Shown here one piece after another: positions 27,850 through 37,616 of a DNA stretch of 64,000 bases. Position numbers and translations under genes: made by a program. Each line of letters opens with the position of its first letter. The first letter of the stretch is position 1. Source of the stretch: Candidatus Poribacteria bacterium (GTDB lineage: Bacteria > Poribacteria > WGA-4E > WGA-3G); the NCBI GenBank assembly GCA_965205015.1, contig OZ242029.1, positions 4,576,001-4,640,000 on the forward strand, written 5' to 3'. A model generated the notes under the pieces. The model did no database searches, was not told the DNA's origin, and saw only the letters and a list, made by a program, of their open reading frames with translations.

Positions 27850-29255
27850 ACAGAAATAACGGGATCGTATATTGTGGAAGATGTATCTTTGCCTCGATCA
27901 TCGGAACCCTAATTTTTTTCTTCATTCTACCGACGCTTACCCCTGCCGAAGAAGATCAAACCTTAACCAAACTGGAACACCCCGACTTCCTAACAAGTGG
28001 ACTGTACGGTGGCGGTCTCACCTTCATCAACGGCGATGCTTACGTCCGACTTCAACTTCAACCGGATATACCGCTCGGAAAAGTCGGCATTGGGTTAGAT
28101 TTAATTCTGCTTTATAACCCTTACGCAGAGGGAGATGATCCCCCAATCCTCGCTGAGGACGGCGAAGCATGGGACAGTCCCAGTACCTGGTTAAGACTCG
28201 TCCGTTATGTTCGCTACGGTCGACCTTACGATCCTTTTTATGCCCGATTCGGGGAGTTAGATTACCTAACCATTGGGCACGGTTCAATTATGTCGGGTTA
28301 TTCTAATTACGATCGGCGCGGGTTACGTCTGAATCTCAGAAATTCCGAAAACCGTTACGGCATTGAAACAATGATGAACGACATCGGTAATCCTACAATT
28401 TTCGGAGGCCGCGGATTTTATCGCCCGTTTCAACGAGAAGAAAATAATAACTTACTGACGCGGTTTGAACTCGGTGCAACCTATCTCACAGACATCAATC
28501 CGAATCTACAAGAAGAGGGGGAAGAACCCTTGAATGCCGTCGGGCTTGATGTGGGATTCCCAATTTTTGAGACAAGCGCGTTTCGACTCGATCTCTATGA
28601 CGACATCGCTTTCCTCAATACATTATCCGAAGACAACACAGAAATAGAAATCACGCTTACAGAAGAAAATCAAGTAACAACGAATCTCGCCTGGGGGAAC
28701 GCTGTTGGCGTTGGATTCTCTTTCACCCAAACGCTCTTCAAAATAGAGTATCGCACGTTTGGAGAGGGCTATATCCCTTCCGTGTTCGATTACACATACG
28801 AATCTGCGAAATCGTTATCCCCGGCGCCAGATATGCCCCAATTCTTGGGCTTAGCGGCAAACACTGAACCGAGACGCGGCTTTTTCTCACAACTTATCTG
28901 GCATCCGATGCCACAAATTCATTTCATGGGGACATTCGAGGATTATACGAACACGGAACCGAAACTCTATATGGCGGTGACAGAGTCGGGATTAGTCCCA
29001 CGTTTTTCGCTGCGGGCATTCTACACAAAACGCGATATCGGTGAGGGTGGAGAGACGAATTTCTTCGGAGATCTGTTCGATTTAGATGAAAAATCGGCAT
29101 TCAGTGTAGAGGTGCGTTATGAAGTCTTTCCACCGGTTGTGACGATTGTTACCCGTGAATACACGTTTCGTCGCGTTGAAACAGCAGAAGGGGTTTCCGA
29201 ATTTGAGCCGATTCATAAAACGTCGTTTATGGTAGGGGTGAGTACAGATTTTTAG
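27846..29255 (+). CDS. Putative outer-membrane beta-barrel protein
   Basis: Signal peptide, amphipathic beta strands, C-terminal ...VGVSTDF. Confidence 0.7.
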   Translation: MNRNNGIVYCGRCIFASIIGTLIFFFILPTLTPAEEDQTLTKLEHPDFLTSGLYGGGLTFINGDAYVRLQLQPDIPLGKVGIGLDLILLYNPYAEGDDPPILAEDGEAWDSPSTWLRLVRYVRYGRPYDPFYARFGELDYLTIGHGSIMSGYSNYDRRGLRLNLRNSENRYGIETMMNDIGNPTIFGGRGFYRPFQREENNNLLTRFELGATYLTDINPNLQEEGEEPLNAVGLDVGFPIFETSAFRLDLYDDIAFLNTLSEDNTEIEITLTEENQVTTNLAWGNAVGVGFSFTQTLFKIEYRTFGEGYIPSVFDYTYESAKSLSPAPDMPQFLGLAANTEPRRGFFSQLIWHPMPQIHFMGTFEDYTNTEPKLYMAVTESGLVPRFSLRAFYTKRDIGEGGETNFFGDLFDLDEKSAFSVEVRYEVFPPVVTIVTREYTFRRVETAEGVSEFEPIHKTSFMVGVSTDF

Positions 29256-29318
29256 AAAAAACGGTCGCGATCGGGAGATCGCTCCTATAGGAAGAATCTC
29301 CAGCAAATAGAAAACACA

Positions 29319-30773
29319 TCAATCTGTTCCACGTTCTATTTCCGCTGCAACAAGTTCACCCAAGAGATTGCCTCTTGCGTTAACCGAGATAACTTTACCC
29401 TCTCGATCCAATAAAAACGGTGCCGGGATACCGCGGACCCCATACTTTTCAACGAGGGGACCGCTCCATCCTCCACCGTCAAAGATTTGTCGCCACGGCA
29501 ACCGGTTCTCCTTGATAAACTCACGCAACACCGCCTCATCCTTATCGAGACTTATCCCGATAACATCAAAGCCTTTGGCGTGGTATTTCTCGTATACCCC
29601 TTTGACGTTCGACATTTCTCCAATACACGGTCCACACCACACTGCCCAGAAATCAAGCAGAACGACTTTGCCACGGTAGTCTGCAAGTGAAATTGGTTCG
29701 CCCTCCAAATCAACTGTTGATGAGAAATCGGATAGGACTTGCCCCACCCACGCCAAAGTGGGATCTGCCGTCACCCGATATGCGTGGGCAAGTTCGGAGT
29801 TGCCTAACTTTTCGTGGAGGTTAGCCAAGCCGCTCCAAGCAGCTCGGTCATCTGGGTTCTGCTTTAATCGACCTTCAAATACCAACTGTAACTTCTGAAA
29901 AACTGCTTGAGCTTCTTTGGTATTCCCTAAGGCTTCGTGAATTTCAGACAACATTCTTGTGTGAATCCAATCGTCAGGTGTCAGTTTTAACTGTTCTTCA
30001 AAAACGTGTTGAATCTTGCCGAGCACTGTAGTCCATCGTTCTCTTAGCGGATGGTCGCCTTCAAGCCGCTGATAAAAATCGTTAGGCCTTGCTGTTACAT
30101 ACTCGTAATCATAACAAAATCGGTATATCCATTGTGACAAAGCAGGTTTTCCACTTTCCTGCAAGTCACCTTGGAAAGGAGATGTCACAGTAAGTGTTTG
30201 ATGTTTTTGATGCCGCTCAAAGAGTCCTTCGAGTGCGGTAACGGCTTCTTCGTGGAGATAATCAAAACCAGCCTTTTCAAAAGCCAAATAGCAGACTTCA
30301 ACATCGTTTGGCAACAGTACCATTGCTTTCTGGACAACATCCCAGAAACCATCATGTGGTATGTCGTACGGGGTTCCTGCGAGTACTATAGCCGAGAATT
30401 TTGCTGCAGCGCCATTGTCGGGATTACTTTCCAAGACCCTTTGGGCATGCTTATATAAGTCTTTACGCAACGCCTCAGGAAAGCTCCAAACGAACTCGTA
30501 CCAAACGAGATTGGACGGGAGCGACGTCTTTCCATTAACAACGCCCGCATCAATTTTTGCCTTGAGGTAAACAGCCAGTGCCGCTTGAAACTCGGGCACA
30601 CTTGCCCAATAAGTCTCCAACTTGCCATTGTCGTTGTGGTGCAGATTCGAGAATACCTCCCATATATCTACAGCATCCTCATCCTGTTCAGAAAATGCCT
30701 GATTCGGAAAGATCGGCACTCCGAAATAAAACCCAATAACCAAAAGTGTTAAACATACACATTCCTTCTGCAT
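29319..30773 (-). CDS. TPR-containing TlpA family thiol-disulfide oxidoreductase
   Basis: Signal peptide, helical repeats, GKVVLLDFWAVWCGPC, cis-Pro GIP. Confidence 0.9.
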   Translation of the reverse strand: MQKECVCLTLLVIGFYFGVPIFPNQAFSEQDEDAVDIWEVFSNLHHNDNGKLETYWASVPEFQAALAVYLKAKIDAGVVNGKTSLPSNLVWYEFVWSFPEALRKDLYKHAQRVLESNPDNGAAAKFSAIVLAGTPYDIPHDGFWDVVQKAMVLLPNDVEVCYLAFEKAGFDYLHEEAVTALEGLFERHQKHQTLTVTSPFQGDLQESGKPALSQWIYRFCYDYEYVTARPNDFYQRLEGDHPLRERWTTVLGKIQHVFEEQLKLTPDDWIHTRMLSEIHEALGNTKEAQAVFQKLQLVFEGRLKQNPDDRAAWSGLANLHEKLGNSELAHAYRVTADPTLAWVGQVLSDFSSTVDLEGEPISLADYRGKVVLLDFWAVWCGPCIGEMSNVKGVYEKYHAKGFDVIGISLDKDEAVLREFIKENRLPWRQIFDGGGWSGPLVEKYGVRGIPAPFLLDREGKVISVNARGNLLGELVAAEIERGTD

Positions 30774-30836
30774 CTGTTTGTCCCCGCGTGCTCTTCGCCC
30801 AAAACCGATAGCAGGCGTCAGTGAGTAGATAAAAAT

Positions 30837-32255
30837 TTAGTCCACTTCACCTGCCAAGTGCTCAGCAACAAGCTTATCCAAAGTGCTACTTCGGACCTTA
30901 ACCGAGATAACTTTGCCCTCTCGATCCAGCAGAAACATTCTCGGTACGCTACGGATACCATACCGCTGTGCTAAGGGACCTTTGAGCCGCTTACCGTCAA
31001 AAATCTGCCGCCACGGCAACGGATTCTCCTCAATAAATTCGCGCAACGCCGTCTCATCTGTGTCAAGGCTTATTCCAATAACGTCAAAGTCTTTGTTATG
31101 ATACTTCTCATATACGGCTTTGATAGTCGGTAGCCCCGCGATACATGGACGACACCACGTCGCCCAAAAATCAAGCAAAATAACCTTGCCGCGATAGTCT
31201 GTGAGTGAAATCGGTTTACCCGCTAAGTCAACAGCAGGTAAGAGATCAGGCAACATCTCCCCCTTAAATGCCAAAGTAGGATCTGCTCTTACCCGATATT
31301 CGCGGGCTAACTCAGGATTTCCAAACTTTTCATGGATACCGGCTAATACTCCCAAAGCAGAATCGTCGTTCGGGTTTCTCTCCAATCGTTTTTCAAAAAC
31401 TGGTTGGACCTTCTTGAAAACCGCCTCAGCTGCTTCGTCATTCCCCAACGTTTCGTGAACATAGGCAACAATATAAAAAACATAGGAATCAGGCTTCTGC
31501 TTCCACTCCCTCTCAAACACAGCGGGAATCTCACTTAACACTGCTCTCCATCGCTCAATCAGTGGATCGTTACTGTCAATTTGTTTATAAACTAAGCTGG
31601 GTGTCATCAAATTTTCGTCACTACTATACAGTCTCATTACCCACTTATATGGAATCGGATAGATGGTTCCACGAAGTCGCTCAAAGAGCCTTTCAAGCGA
31701 AACAAGTGCCTTTTCGTTCATCGGATTACCAATCCGTGTGCATGTTGCATACGCGAAGAAACAAATCTCAATATCATTATGCACCAACACCATCGCTTTT
31801 TCTACAAGGGGATACTTTTCAATCGGCTTTTGAGCATCTATGTCGCCAAATGCCTCAATTGCCAGAAACTTTGCAGCTGCACCGTTGTTCGGGTCTGCCT
31901 TCAGAACATTTTCAGCGTGTGATTTGAGTTCTCGCCGCATCTCCTTCGGAAAGCGGTGGACGTAACTTGGTAAGCGGGGTGGAAGTGATGTCAGCCCGTC
32001 AGAAACGCCAGGATCAATTTTTGCCTTGAAGTAAGTAATTAATTTTTCCTGAGTCTTCGGTTCGATTTCCCAATGTGGGTCCGTAAGCCCGCGGTGGTCA
32101 AGCGTCCTGAGAAAGGTATCCCAAACATCTACAGTGTCCTGTTTCAAGGATTTACCAAAGTCCTTGTCCACATCAGAAAATCCTGGGTTCAGACCAATTG
32201 CCGTTAAACAGAACACGATAAGTAAAAAAACAAAACGTACACCTACTTGCTTCAC
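30837..32255 (-). CDS. TPR-containing TlpA family thiol-disulfide oxidoreductase (tandem paralogue)
   Basis: GKVILLDFWATWCRPC; shares P.NGAAAKF and ADPTLA segments with 29319..30773. Confidence 0.9.
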   Translation of the reverse strand: MKQVGVRFVFLLIVFCLTAIGLNPGFSDVDKDFGKSLKQDTVDVWDTFLRTLDHRGLTDPHWEIEPKTQEKLITYFKAKIDPGVSDGLTSLPPRLPSYVHRFPKEMRRELKSHAENVLKADPNNGAAAKFLAIEAFGDIDAQKPIEKYPLVEKAMVLVHNDIEICFFAYATCTRIGNPMNEKALVSLERLFERLRGTIYPIPYKWVMRLYSSDENLMTPSLVYKQIDSNDPLIERWRAVLSEIPAVFEREWKQKPDSYVFYIVAYVHETLGNDEAAEAVFKKVQPVFEKRLERNPNDDSALGVLAGIHEKFGNPELAREYRVRADPTLAFKGEMLPDLLPAVDLAGKPISLTDYRGKVILLDFWATWCRPCIAGLPTIKAVYEKYHNKDFDVIGISLDTDETALREFIEENPLPWRQIFDGKRLKGPLAQRYGIRSVPRMFLLDREGKVISVKVRSSTLDKLVAEHLAGEVD

Positions 32256-32563
32256 TGTTTCACCTCAATTTTGATCTCCTCATCTTCGACAACTACCGGA
32301 TACGTCCTGATGCGGAGACGTGGGTCGGTTTGGCATTCACCCGTTTTTGTATCGTAGGCATAACCGTGGACTGGACATACAGCGATACCATTGCGGATTC
32401 TGCCCCTACCGAGGGAACCCATTGCATGCGGGCAGGTATTGTCCACAGCACAGAATTCGCCACCCTCATTGAAAATGGCGACCCGCCTTCCGTTAACAGT
32501 AAACGCTTTTCCGCGTCCTTCTCGGATGGCTGATGTTTTCGTAACCGTTGTATAATCTGACAT
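32252..32563 (-). CDS. Rieske [2Fe-2S] ferredoxin (NirD-like)
   Basis: CPH...CPVHG Rieske motifs. Confidence 0.92.
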   Translation of the reverse strand: MSDYTTVTKTSAIREGRGKAFTVNGRRVAIFNEGGEFCAVDNTCPHAMGSLGRGRIRNGIAVCPVHGYAYDTKTGECQTDPRLRIRTYPVVVEDEEIKIEVKQ

Positions 32564-32716
32564 GTTTTAATTATACCTTGCGGATAAGTGGCCGTATTTA
32601 GGAATTTAGCGGTTTCGGTGTTCGAGCCGCCCTCCATTTCATTACGGGCTACCGGTTTTGAATCTTTTTTAGGAGCCATCCCGTGCGACTATTAGCGTTA
32701 TAAGCACGGCACTTCC

Positions 32717-34516
32717 CTATTCCTTGACACTTCCTAAAGTAATCCCCTGCACAAATTCACGCTGCATCGCTAAAAATAGAATAACGATTGGCATGAGCGA
32801 TAGCAACGTTCCTGCCATCAACATGCCGTAATCTTGCCGATAGGTACCCACAAGATTCGCTAAGCCGATCGGTAGTGTATATTTCACCTCATCCCGTAAA
32901 ATGATGAGGGGCCAGAGATACCCGTTCCATGAACCCAAGAACGAATAGATCGTCAACGCCCCAAGCGCAGGTTTGATAATAGGTAACACAATCCGGTAAT
33001 AGATACCGAACTCGGAACAGCCATCAATCCGTGCTGCATCGAGGAGTTCAGACGGAATCGTGACAATGAATTGACGCATCAGAAATACGCCGAACGCACC
33101 GACCGAAAATGGGATGATAATCGCTTTGTAACTATTGAGCCAGCCGATATCATACATCAACCCAAACAACGGAACGAGCAGGACCTGGAAAGGCACCATC
33201 ATGGAAGCGAGGAGGATACCGAACAGAATCTTTTGACCGCGGAATTGATACTTGGCAAACGCATATCCTCCGAGTGAGCAGAAAAACAGCGTGAGTAGCG
33301 TTGACGCGGTCGCAATGAAAACACTGTTGACAAAATACCGATTATACGGCACCGTCTTCCATAAATTCCGATAGTTTGACGTGAACTTATCCCACACAAT
33401 TGAGAGATACGCCGGTTGATGAATCGTTAATTGCAGGAACAATTGACTCCCATTTCCTGTTTCCGCTGTGGATTGGGCAGGCACGGGACCTGCTGATTGG
33501 GCAGGCACGGGACCCACAGGTTCGCCAGGTACAAGACCTGTAGATTGGGCAGGCACAAGACCTGCCCCTACTTTCTGCATGGTGATGTGTGATGATTCTA
33601 ACTCACCCGGGATGCCGTGCAGGCGCCAGACGGAATCTGTCCACAATGCACTGTCTAAAACGAAAGAACGCGTCGGTTGATATGTAACGCCCTCGTTCGG
33701 ACTGCTGGCATTCATTCCAGACTGCGGTACAGACACGGTTAAAGAGAGACGGTGATACGAGGCATCTCCACGCACGGGGAGAATGATGCGCCGAATCCGC
33801 TCAATTGGAATAGCGGAAGAAACCCTTGACGTTATACGCGCAGTGTTACTGCCTTGGAAATTGTAGGATAGACTCACATCCGTCTGGAGATCATCTGATG
33901 TGCGTATACGCGTGCCCGTTTCTACTTCCCAGTTCACACCTTCAATTGGTGTGCGATTGAAGTCGAGGTCTTCTATCTGGAGCGTTCCAACCGCAACTTC
34001 ACGATACACTGATCCCCAGATCGTATCAACTGCCTCAGGAATAACAGCGTCTCGCACCGCCGCGGTAACCGAATCCATTGTGCCGTTCCAGACTTCGTCT
34101 GGTAGCCCTGCGACCAGTTGCTGCCATAAACCCTGTATTATTTCAGTTTGTAATTCTTCGGATGGGACATGGTTAGAAAGCTTCGCACTTGCCGCGATAT
34201 GCGCTTGTGCCTCAGCCCCAATGATTTGTGTGAGTTGGGGCTGCAGGGTTTTCCACTCCGTTTCATCCACAGCCCTCGGTTTTTCAATCTCAGGATAGGC
34301 ATCTTTGACAATATATGGCGATGCTGCGACACGCGGAGGCAGATTCGGGAACCACTGAATAGGGACAGCGAAAATTTCGTTGGCAGTTTTAAATGAGGAG
34401 GTCAATAGCCACAGCATCGGTATCATGGTACAAAACGCTGCCCCTACTAAAAGGAGATAACCGATCCCTCTGAAAATTTTTATTTTAACGCGTTGGTTTC
34501 TTTTGCTGTGATTCAT
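32717..34516 (-). CDS. Carbohydrate ABC permease (MalG-like) with large extracytoplasmic insertion
   Basis: N-terminal TM + SSFKT; C-terminal YF.NS, ELLDAARIDG (EAA), WN.YLWP. Confidence 0.9.
   Translation of the reverse strand: MNHSKRNQRVKIKIFRGIGYLLLVGAAFCTMIPMLWLLTSSFKTANEIFAVPIQWFPNLPPRVAASPYIVKDAYPEIEKPRAVDETEWKTLQPQLTQIIGAEAQAHIAASAKLSNHVPSEELQTEIIQGLWQQLVAGLPDEVWNGTMDSVTAAVRDAVIPEAVDTIWGSVYREVAVGTLQIEDLDFNRTPIEGVNWEVETGTRIRTSDDLQTDVSLSYNFQGSNTARITSRVSSAIPIERIRRIILPVRGDASYHRLSLTVSVPQSGMNASSPNEGVTYQPTRSFVLDSALWTDSVWRLHGIPGELESSHITMQKVGAGLVPAQSTGLVPGEPVGPVPAQSAGPVPAQSTAETGNGSQLFLQLTIHQPAYLSIVWDKFTSNYRNLWKTVPYNRYFVNSVFIATASTLLTLFFCSLGGYAFAKYQFRGQKILFGILLASMMVPFQVLLVPLFGLMYDIGWLNSYKAIIIPFSVGAFGVFLMRQFIVTIPSELLDAARIDGCSEFGIYYRIVLPIIKPALGALTIYSFLGSWNGYLWPLIILRDEVKYTLPIGLANLVGTYRQDYGMLMAGTLLSLMPIVILFLAMQREFVQGITLGSVKE
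33471..33571. repeat. REP-derived tandem repeat in-frame in the ABC permease
   Basis: GGGCAGGCACAAGACCTGCCCCTAC (33547-33571) plus 24-bp period GATTGGGCAGGCACGGGACC copies. Confidence 0.8.
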
Positions 34517-34560
34517 AAGTTTTTTCTACTAATCTGATTGAGATTATCCATGGAAGCTAA

Positions 34561-34923
34561 TCACTCACCCCATATTATTGCTTCAATTTTGTCGGAGACT
34601 GTATCCACCACTTCATCAGGTAAATAACATACATATTTAACCTCTCTTGCATGCCAATCAAGGCTCTTAACCTGATCTACTCGGATAACACCATCTACAG
34701 GAAGTCCATCCGGAATAGGAACTTCAAAAGCAATCCCTCTGACGGTACGGGTAATTGGGCAAACGACAGCAATATTCTGTCTGAGGTTAAAATTCCATGA
34801 GGATACAACAACGGCAGGACGACGCTTCCTGATTTCGCTGCCTTTTTGTGGATCTAAGTTAATCTCAACTACGTCACCTCGCACTGGAATGTAGTCGCTA
34901 TTATATAAGGTTGAACTTATCAT
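34561..34923 (-). CDS. mazF: MazF/PemK family toxin (mRNA interferase)
   Basis: RGD.V.I.LDPQKGSEIRKRRPAVVVS..FN, CPIT, DQVKSLDW.AR. Confidence 0.92.
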   Translation of the reverse strand: MISSTLYNSDYIPVRGDVVEINLDPQKGSEIRKRRPAVVVSSWNFNLRQNIAVVCPITRTVRGIAFEVPIPDGLPVDGVIRVDQVKSLDWHAREVKYVCYLPDEVVDTVSDKIEAIIWGE

Positions 34924-35294
34924 ATTTCATTGCCAACAGCCGGACCGGTATCCCACTCATTAGACTCGTCGGATCCATTATTTTCCGTTGTGTCAATCAG
35001 GAGCTCCTTTAATTTTAAGCGTGGATGTGTCGTAGAGCGTCCGACCTTTTCAACCCGATGTGGCTTAGGTTTTCCAGATTTAACAGTTTCATACTGCTCA
35101 GCACAACCTGATTCTTGAGCCAGTAAGTCGTTCAGTTTCAAGCGTGGATGTATCGTAGAGCGTCCGACCTTTTCAACCCGATGTGGCTTGCGCAGGGCAT
35201 CAGCCTTAGCAGGTACCCGATTTTCGTATTTAGTTTTGGGCGCGATAAGGAAATTAAGATACGCGACAAGGACCAAACATTCTTGAGATGACAT
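34920..35294 (-). CDS. Atypical MazE-like antitoxin
   Basis: Overlaps the toxin start by 4 nt; C-terminus L.ELL......E.DTGPAVGNE resembles the MazE toxin-binding tail. Confidence 0.7.
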   Translation of the reverse strand: MSSQECLVLVAYLNFLIAPKTKYENRVPAKADALRKPHRVEKVGRSTIHPRLKLNDLLAQESGCAEQYETVKSGKPKPHRVEKVGRSTTHPRLKLKELLIDTTENNGSDESNEWDTGPAVGNEI

Positions 35295-35308
35295 TATTCC
35301 CTCCTTAA

Positions 35309-36181
35309 TTATAACCCGAATTCGGATAATTCGACTGTACGTGCGCGCTGGATATCGTCCTGGTATTTGAAGACACAGCCAAGCGTCTCAGCAACGACAT
35401 CCGCGTTCAGTTGCGCTTTACCAAGTGCCACAAGTGCCAATGCCCAATCCAAGGTCTCCGCAACACCCGGTTTCTTATAGTAATCCCCTTGCCGCCACAG
35501 CTGCATCATCCGACATAACTGCTGGGCGAGATGCTCATCAATCTGTGGTAATTTCGTTTGCACGATCGCTAACTCCTTCTCCACAGTCGGATAATCGATC
35601 CACTGGTAGAGACACCGGCGTTTAAGTGCTTCATGAACCTCTCGCGTCCGGTTTGAAGTCAGCACCACATAAGGAATATGTTTCGCTTGAATCGTACCGA
35701 TTTCCGGGATGGTAATCTGGAAGTCGGACAAGATCTCGAGGAGAAACGCCTCAAATTCACTGTCGCTCCGATCTACCTCGTCAATGAGTAAAACGGGCGG
35801 CACATCACCATCGCTTTGGATAGCCTCGAGCAACGGACGTTTCAGGAGAAACGCTTCGCTAAACAGATCCGTCCCGATGTCTTCCTTCTCTCGTCCGCGC
35901 GCTTCATCAATACGAAGTTGCAAAATTTGCCGTGTGTAGTTCCATTCATACAATGCGCTATTTGCATCCAAACCCTCATAGCACTGCAATCGGATGAGTT
36001 TCGCCCCTGTTGAATCTGCGAGCACCTTCGCGACTTCCGTCTTGCCGACCCCCGGTTCGCCTTCGAGAAAGATGGGTTTTTTGAGATGATGCGCGAGATA
36101 GAGGGTTGTCGCTAAACCTCGATCGGCGATATATGCATGTTTTTCACAGGCAACTTGAACGTTTTCGATAGACGTGAACAT
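35309..36181 (-). CDS. MoxR AAA+ ATPase, CoxD-like subfamily
   Basis: LEGEPGVGKTE, RLQCYEGLD, LYEWNY, RPLL.A, TSNRTRE.HEALKRRC. Confidence 0.92.
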   Translation of the reverse strand: MFTSIENVQVACEKHAYIADRGLATTLYLAHHLKKPIFLEGEPGVGKTEVAKVLADSTGAKLIRLQCYEGLDANSALYEWNYTRQILQLRIDEARGREKEDIGTDLFSEAFLLKRPLLEAIQSDGDVPPVLLIDEVDRSDSEFEAFLLEILSDFQITIPEIGTIQAKHIPYVVLTSNRTREVHEALKRRCLYQWIDYPTVEKELAIVQTKLPQIDEHLAQQLCRMMQLWRQGDYYKKPGVAETLDWALALVALGKAQLNADVVAETLGCVFKYQDDIQRARTVELSEFGL

Positions 36182-36220
36182 ATTTTTAATGATTCCTTGC
36201 GGTGCGGTATGGAACTCAGA

Positions 36221-36892
36221 CTATTCAAACAATTGCCCTACGGGACAGGCAAACCCCGGCACGACATCCTCACCTGTCAACGTGGCTTCGTGCGTCAGGG
36301 TCTCAATATCGCTTTTAGAACGATACACCGTCACCGCTTTGGCGATGGGATCAAGGACCCAGACGAGGCGGGTCCCTGCCTCCAGATAGTCTAACGCCTT
36401 GCGGACGATCCGGTAGTGAACATCCGTCGGAGAGACGACTTCAATCGCCAAGTCAGGCGGTATCGGGAATTTTTCGTCTTCGTCGACATCCAGATGGGCG
36501 GTTGAAACGAACGCAACATCCGGCTTCATCACACGTTCTCCGACCTGAAATGCCGTTTCCGCTGTGTACAATTCTCCGAGTCCATTTTCGTAGACATACC
36601 GATCCAAATATCGAATGATGCTGATACTAATCTTACCGTGTCTTCTCGTCGCTGGAGGCATCGGTATTAATTCTCCTTTGGCGTATTCATATCCTGGAAC
36701 ATCGTTTTCAAGAAACTCCTCCAATGTCATCGTGGTAGGGATGGACTTCGGAACGCTTGGCGGTGATTTCAGGACTAATGTGCCTTTAACGTATTCGTAT
36801 CCCGGGACATCGTTCTCGAGAAAATCCTCTAATGTCATCGTGGTAGGGATGGATTCAGGGATTTCTGGTGTGTCTTTACGAGATTCTTTCAT
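36221..36892 (-). CDS. Uma2 family (DUF820) endonuclease-fold protein
   Basis: PDVAFV, PDLAIEVVSP, YLEAG.RLVWV.DP, L.GEDVVPGF. Confidence 0.92.
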   Translation of the reverse strand: MKESRKDTPEIPESIPTTMTLEDFLENDVPGYEYVKGTLVLKSPPSVPKSIPTTMTLEEFLENDVPGYEYAKGELIPMPPATRRHGKISISIIRYLDRYVYENGLGELYTAETAFQVGERVMKPDVAFVSTAHLDVDEDEKFPIPPDLAIEVVSPTDVHYRIVRKALDYLEAGTRLVWVLDPIAKAVTVYRSKSDIETLTHEATLTGEDVVPGFACPVGQLFE

Positions 36893-37001
36893 GTTTTTTC
36901 CCCCGTATGTTTCTGGCAGATTTCAGAATTAATTGAACATTCTCAAAGGCTCCCTCATATTCATCAGCGTCCTTCGGATAGGCACAAACTAACAGTTTAT
37001 G

Positions 37002-37613
37002 CTACAAATTATCTTCCTGTAGGGCGCGTTCATAATCTTCGCGATAATCTATATCGCGGAGGACTCGATCGGTATCGACTGTAACGTAATGAATATCATC
37101 GCCATACCTTTTGAACAGCGTCCGCACGCCGCCGCTCTCCGCTCCCAAGGCAAGAATATCGTCGGCATATCGCCGATGGAAGATGACTGGATGCCCCCGT
37201 TTATAATTATAACTCGGTAGGGCAATCCCCGCGTCCGTTCGGACGTAAGCATCAATGACCTCATCGATTAACACAGAGGTAATAAACGGCTGGTCGACCA
37301 GCATCAGTGCGAACGCGTCGCTCCCTTGCAATGCCCGAATCCCCGCCTGTGCGGAGGTCAGCATCCCCTCGTGATAGCCAGAGTTAAAAACGATTTTGAC
37401 GGGACGTTCCGACAGTTGCTCTTGAATCTGTTCTGCGCAATGTCCGACAATAACGATAACCTCATCAAACTTGGATTCAAGCATACTGTCCACCACGGTT
37501 TCAACAATAGTGCTCTTCCCGAAAGGGAGGAGTTGCTTCGGTTCACCCATCCGAGTGGAGAGTCCTGCGGCGAGGAGAATTCCGGAAATGAAGGTGGGAG
37601 TCGGATACGTCAT
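37002..37613 (-). CDS. Molybdenum cofactor cytidylyltransferase-like nucleotidyltransferase (MocA family)
   Basis: LAAG.STRMG.PKQLL, GMLTS, DQP, GHPV.F, DID..EDY. Confidence 0.88.
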   Translation of the reverse strand: MTYPTPTFISGILLAAGLSTRMGEPKQLLPFGKSTIVETVVDSMLESKFDEVIVIVGHCAEQIQEQLSERPVKIVFNSGYHEGMLTSAQAGIRALQGSDAFALMLVDQPFITSVLIDEVIDAYVRTDAGIALPSYNYKRGHPVIFHRRYADDILALGAESGGVRTLFKRYGDDIHYVTVDTDRVLRDIDYREDYERALQEDNL

Positions 37614-37616
37614 AAT

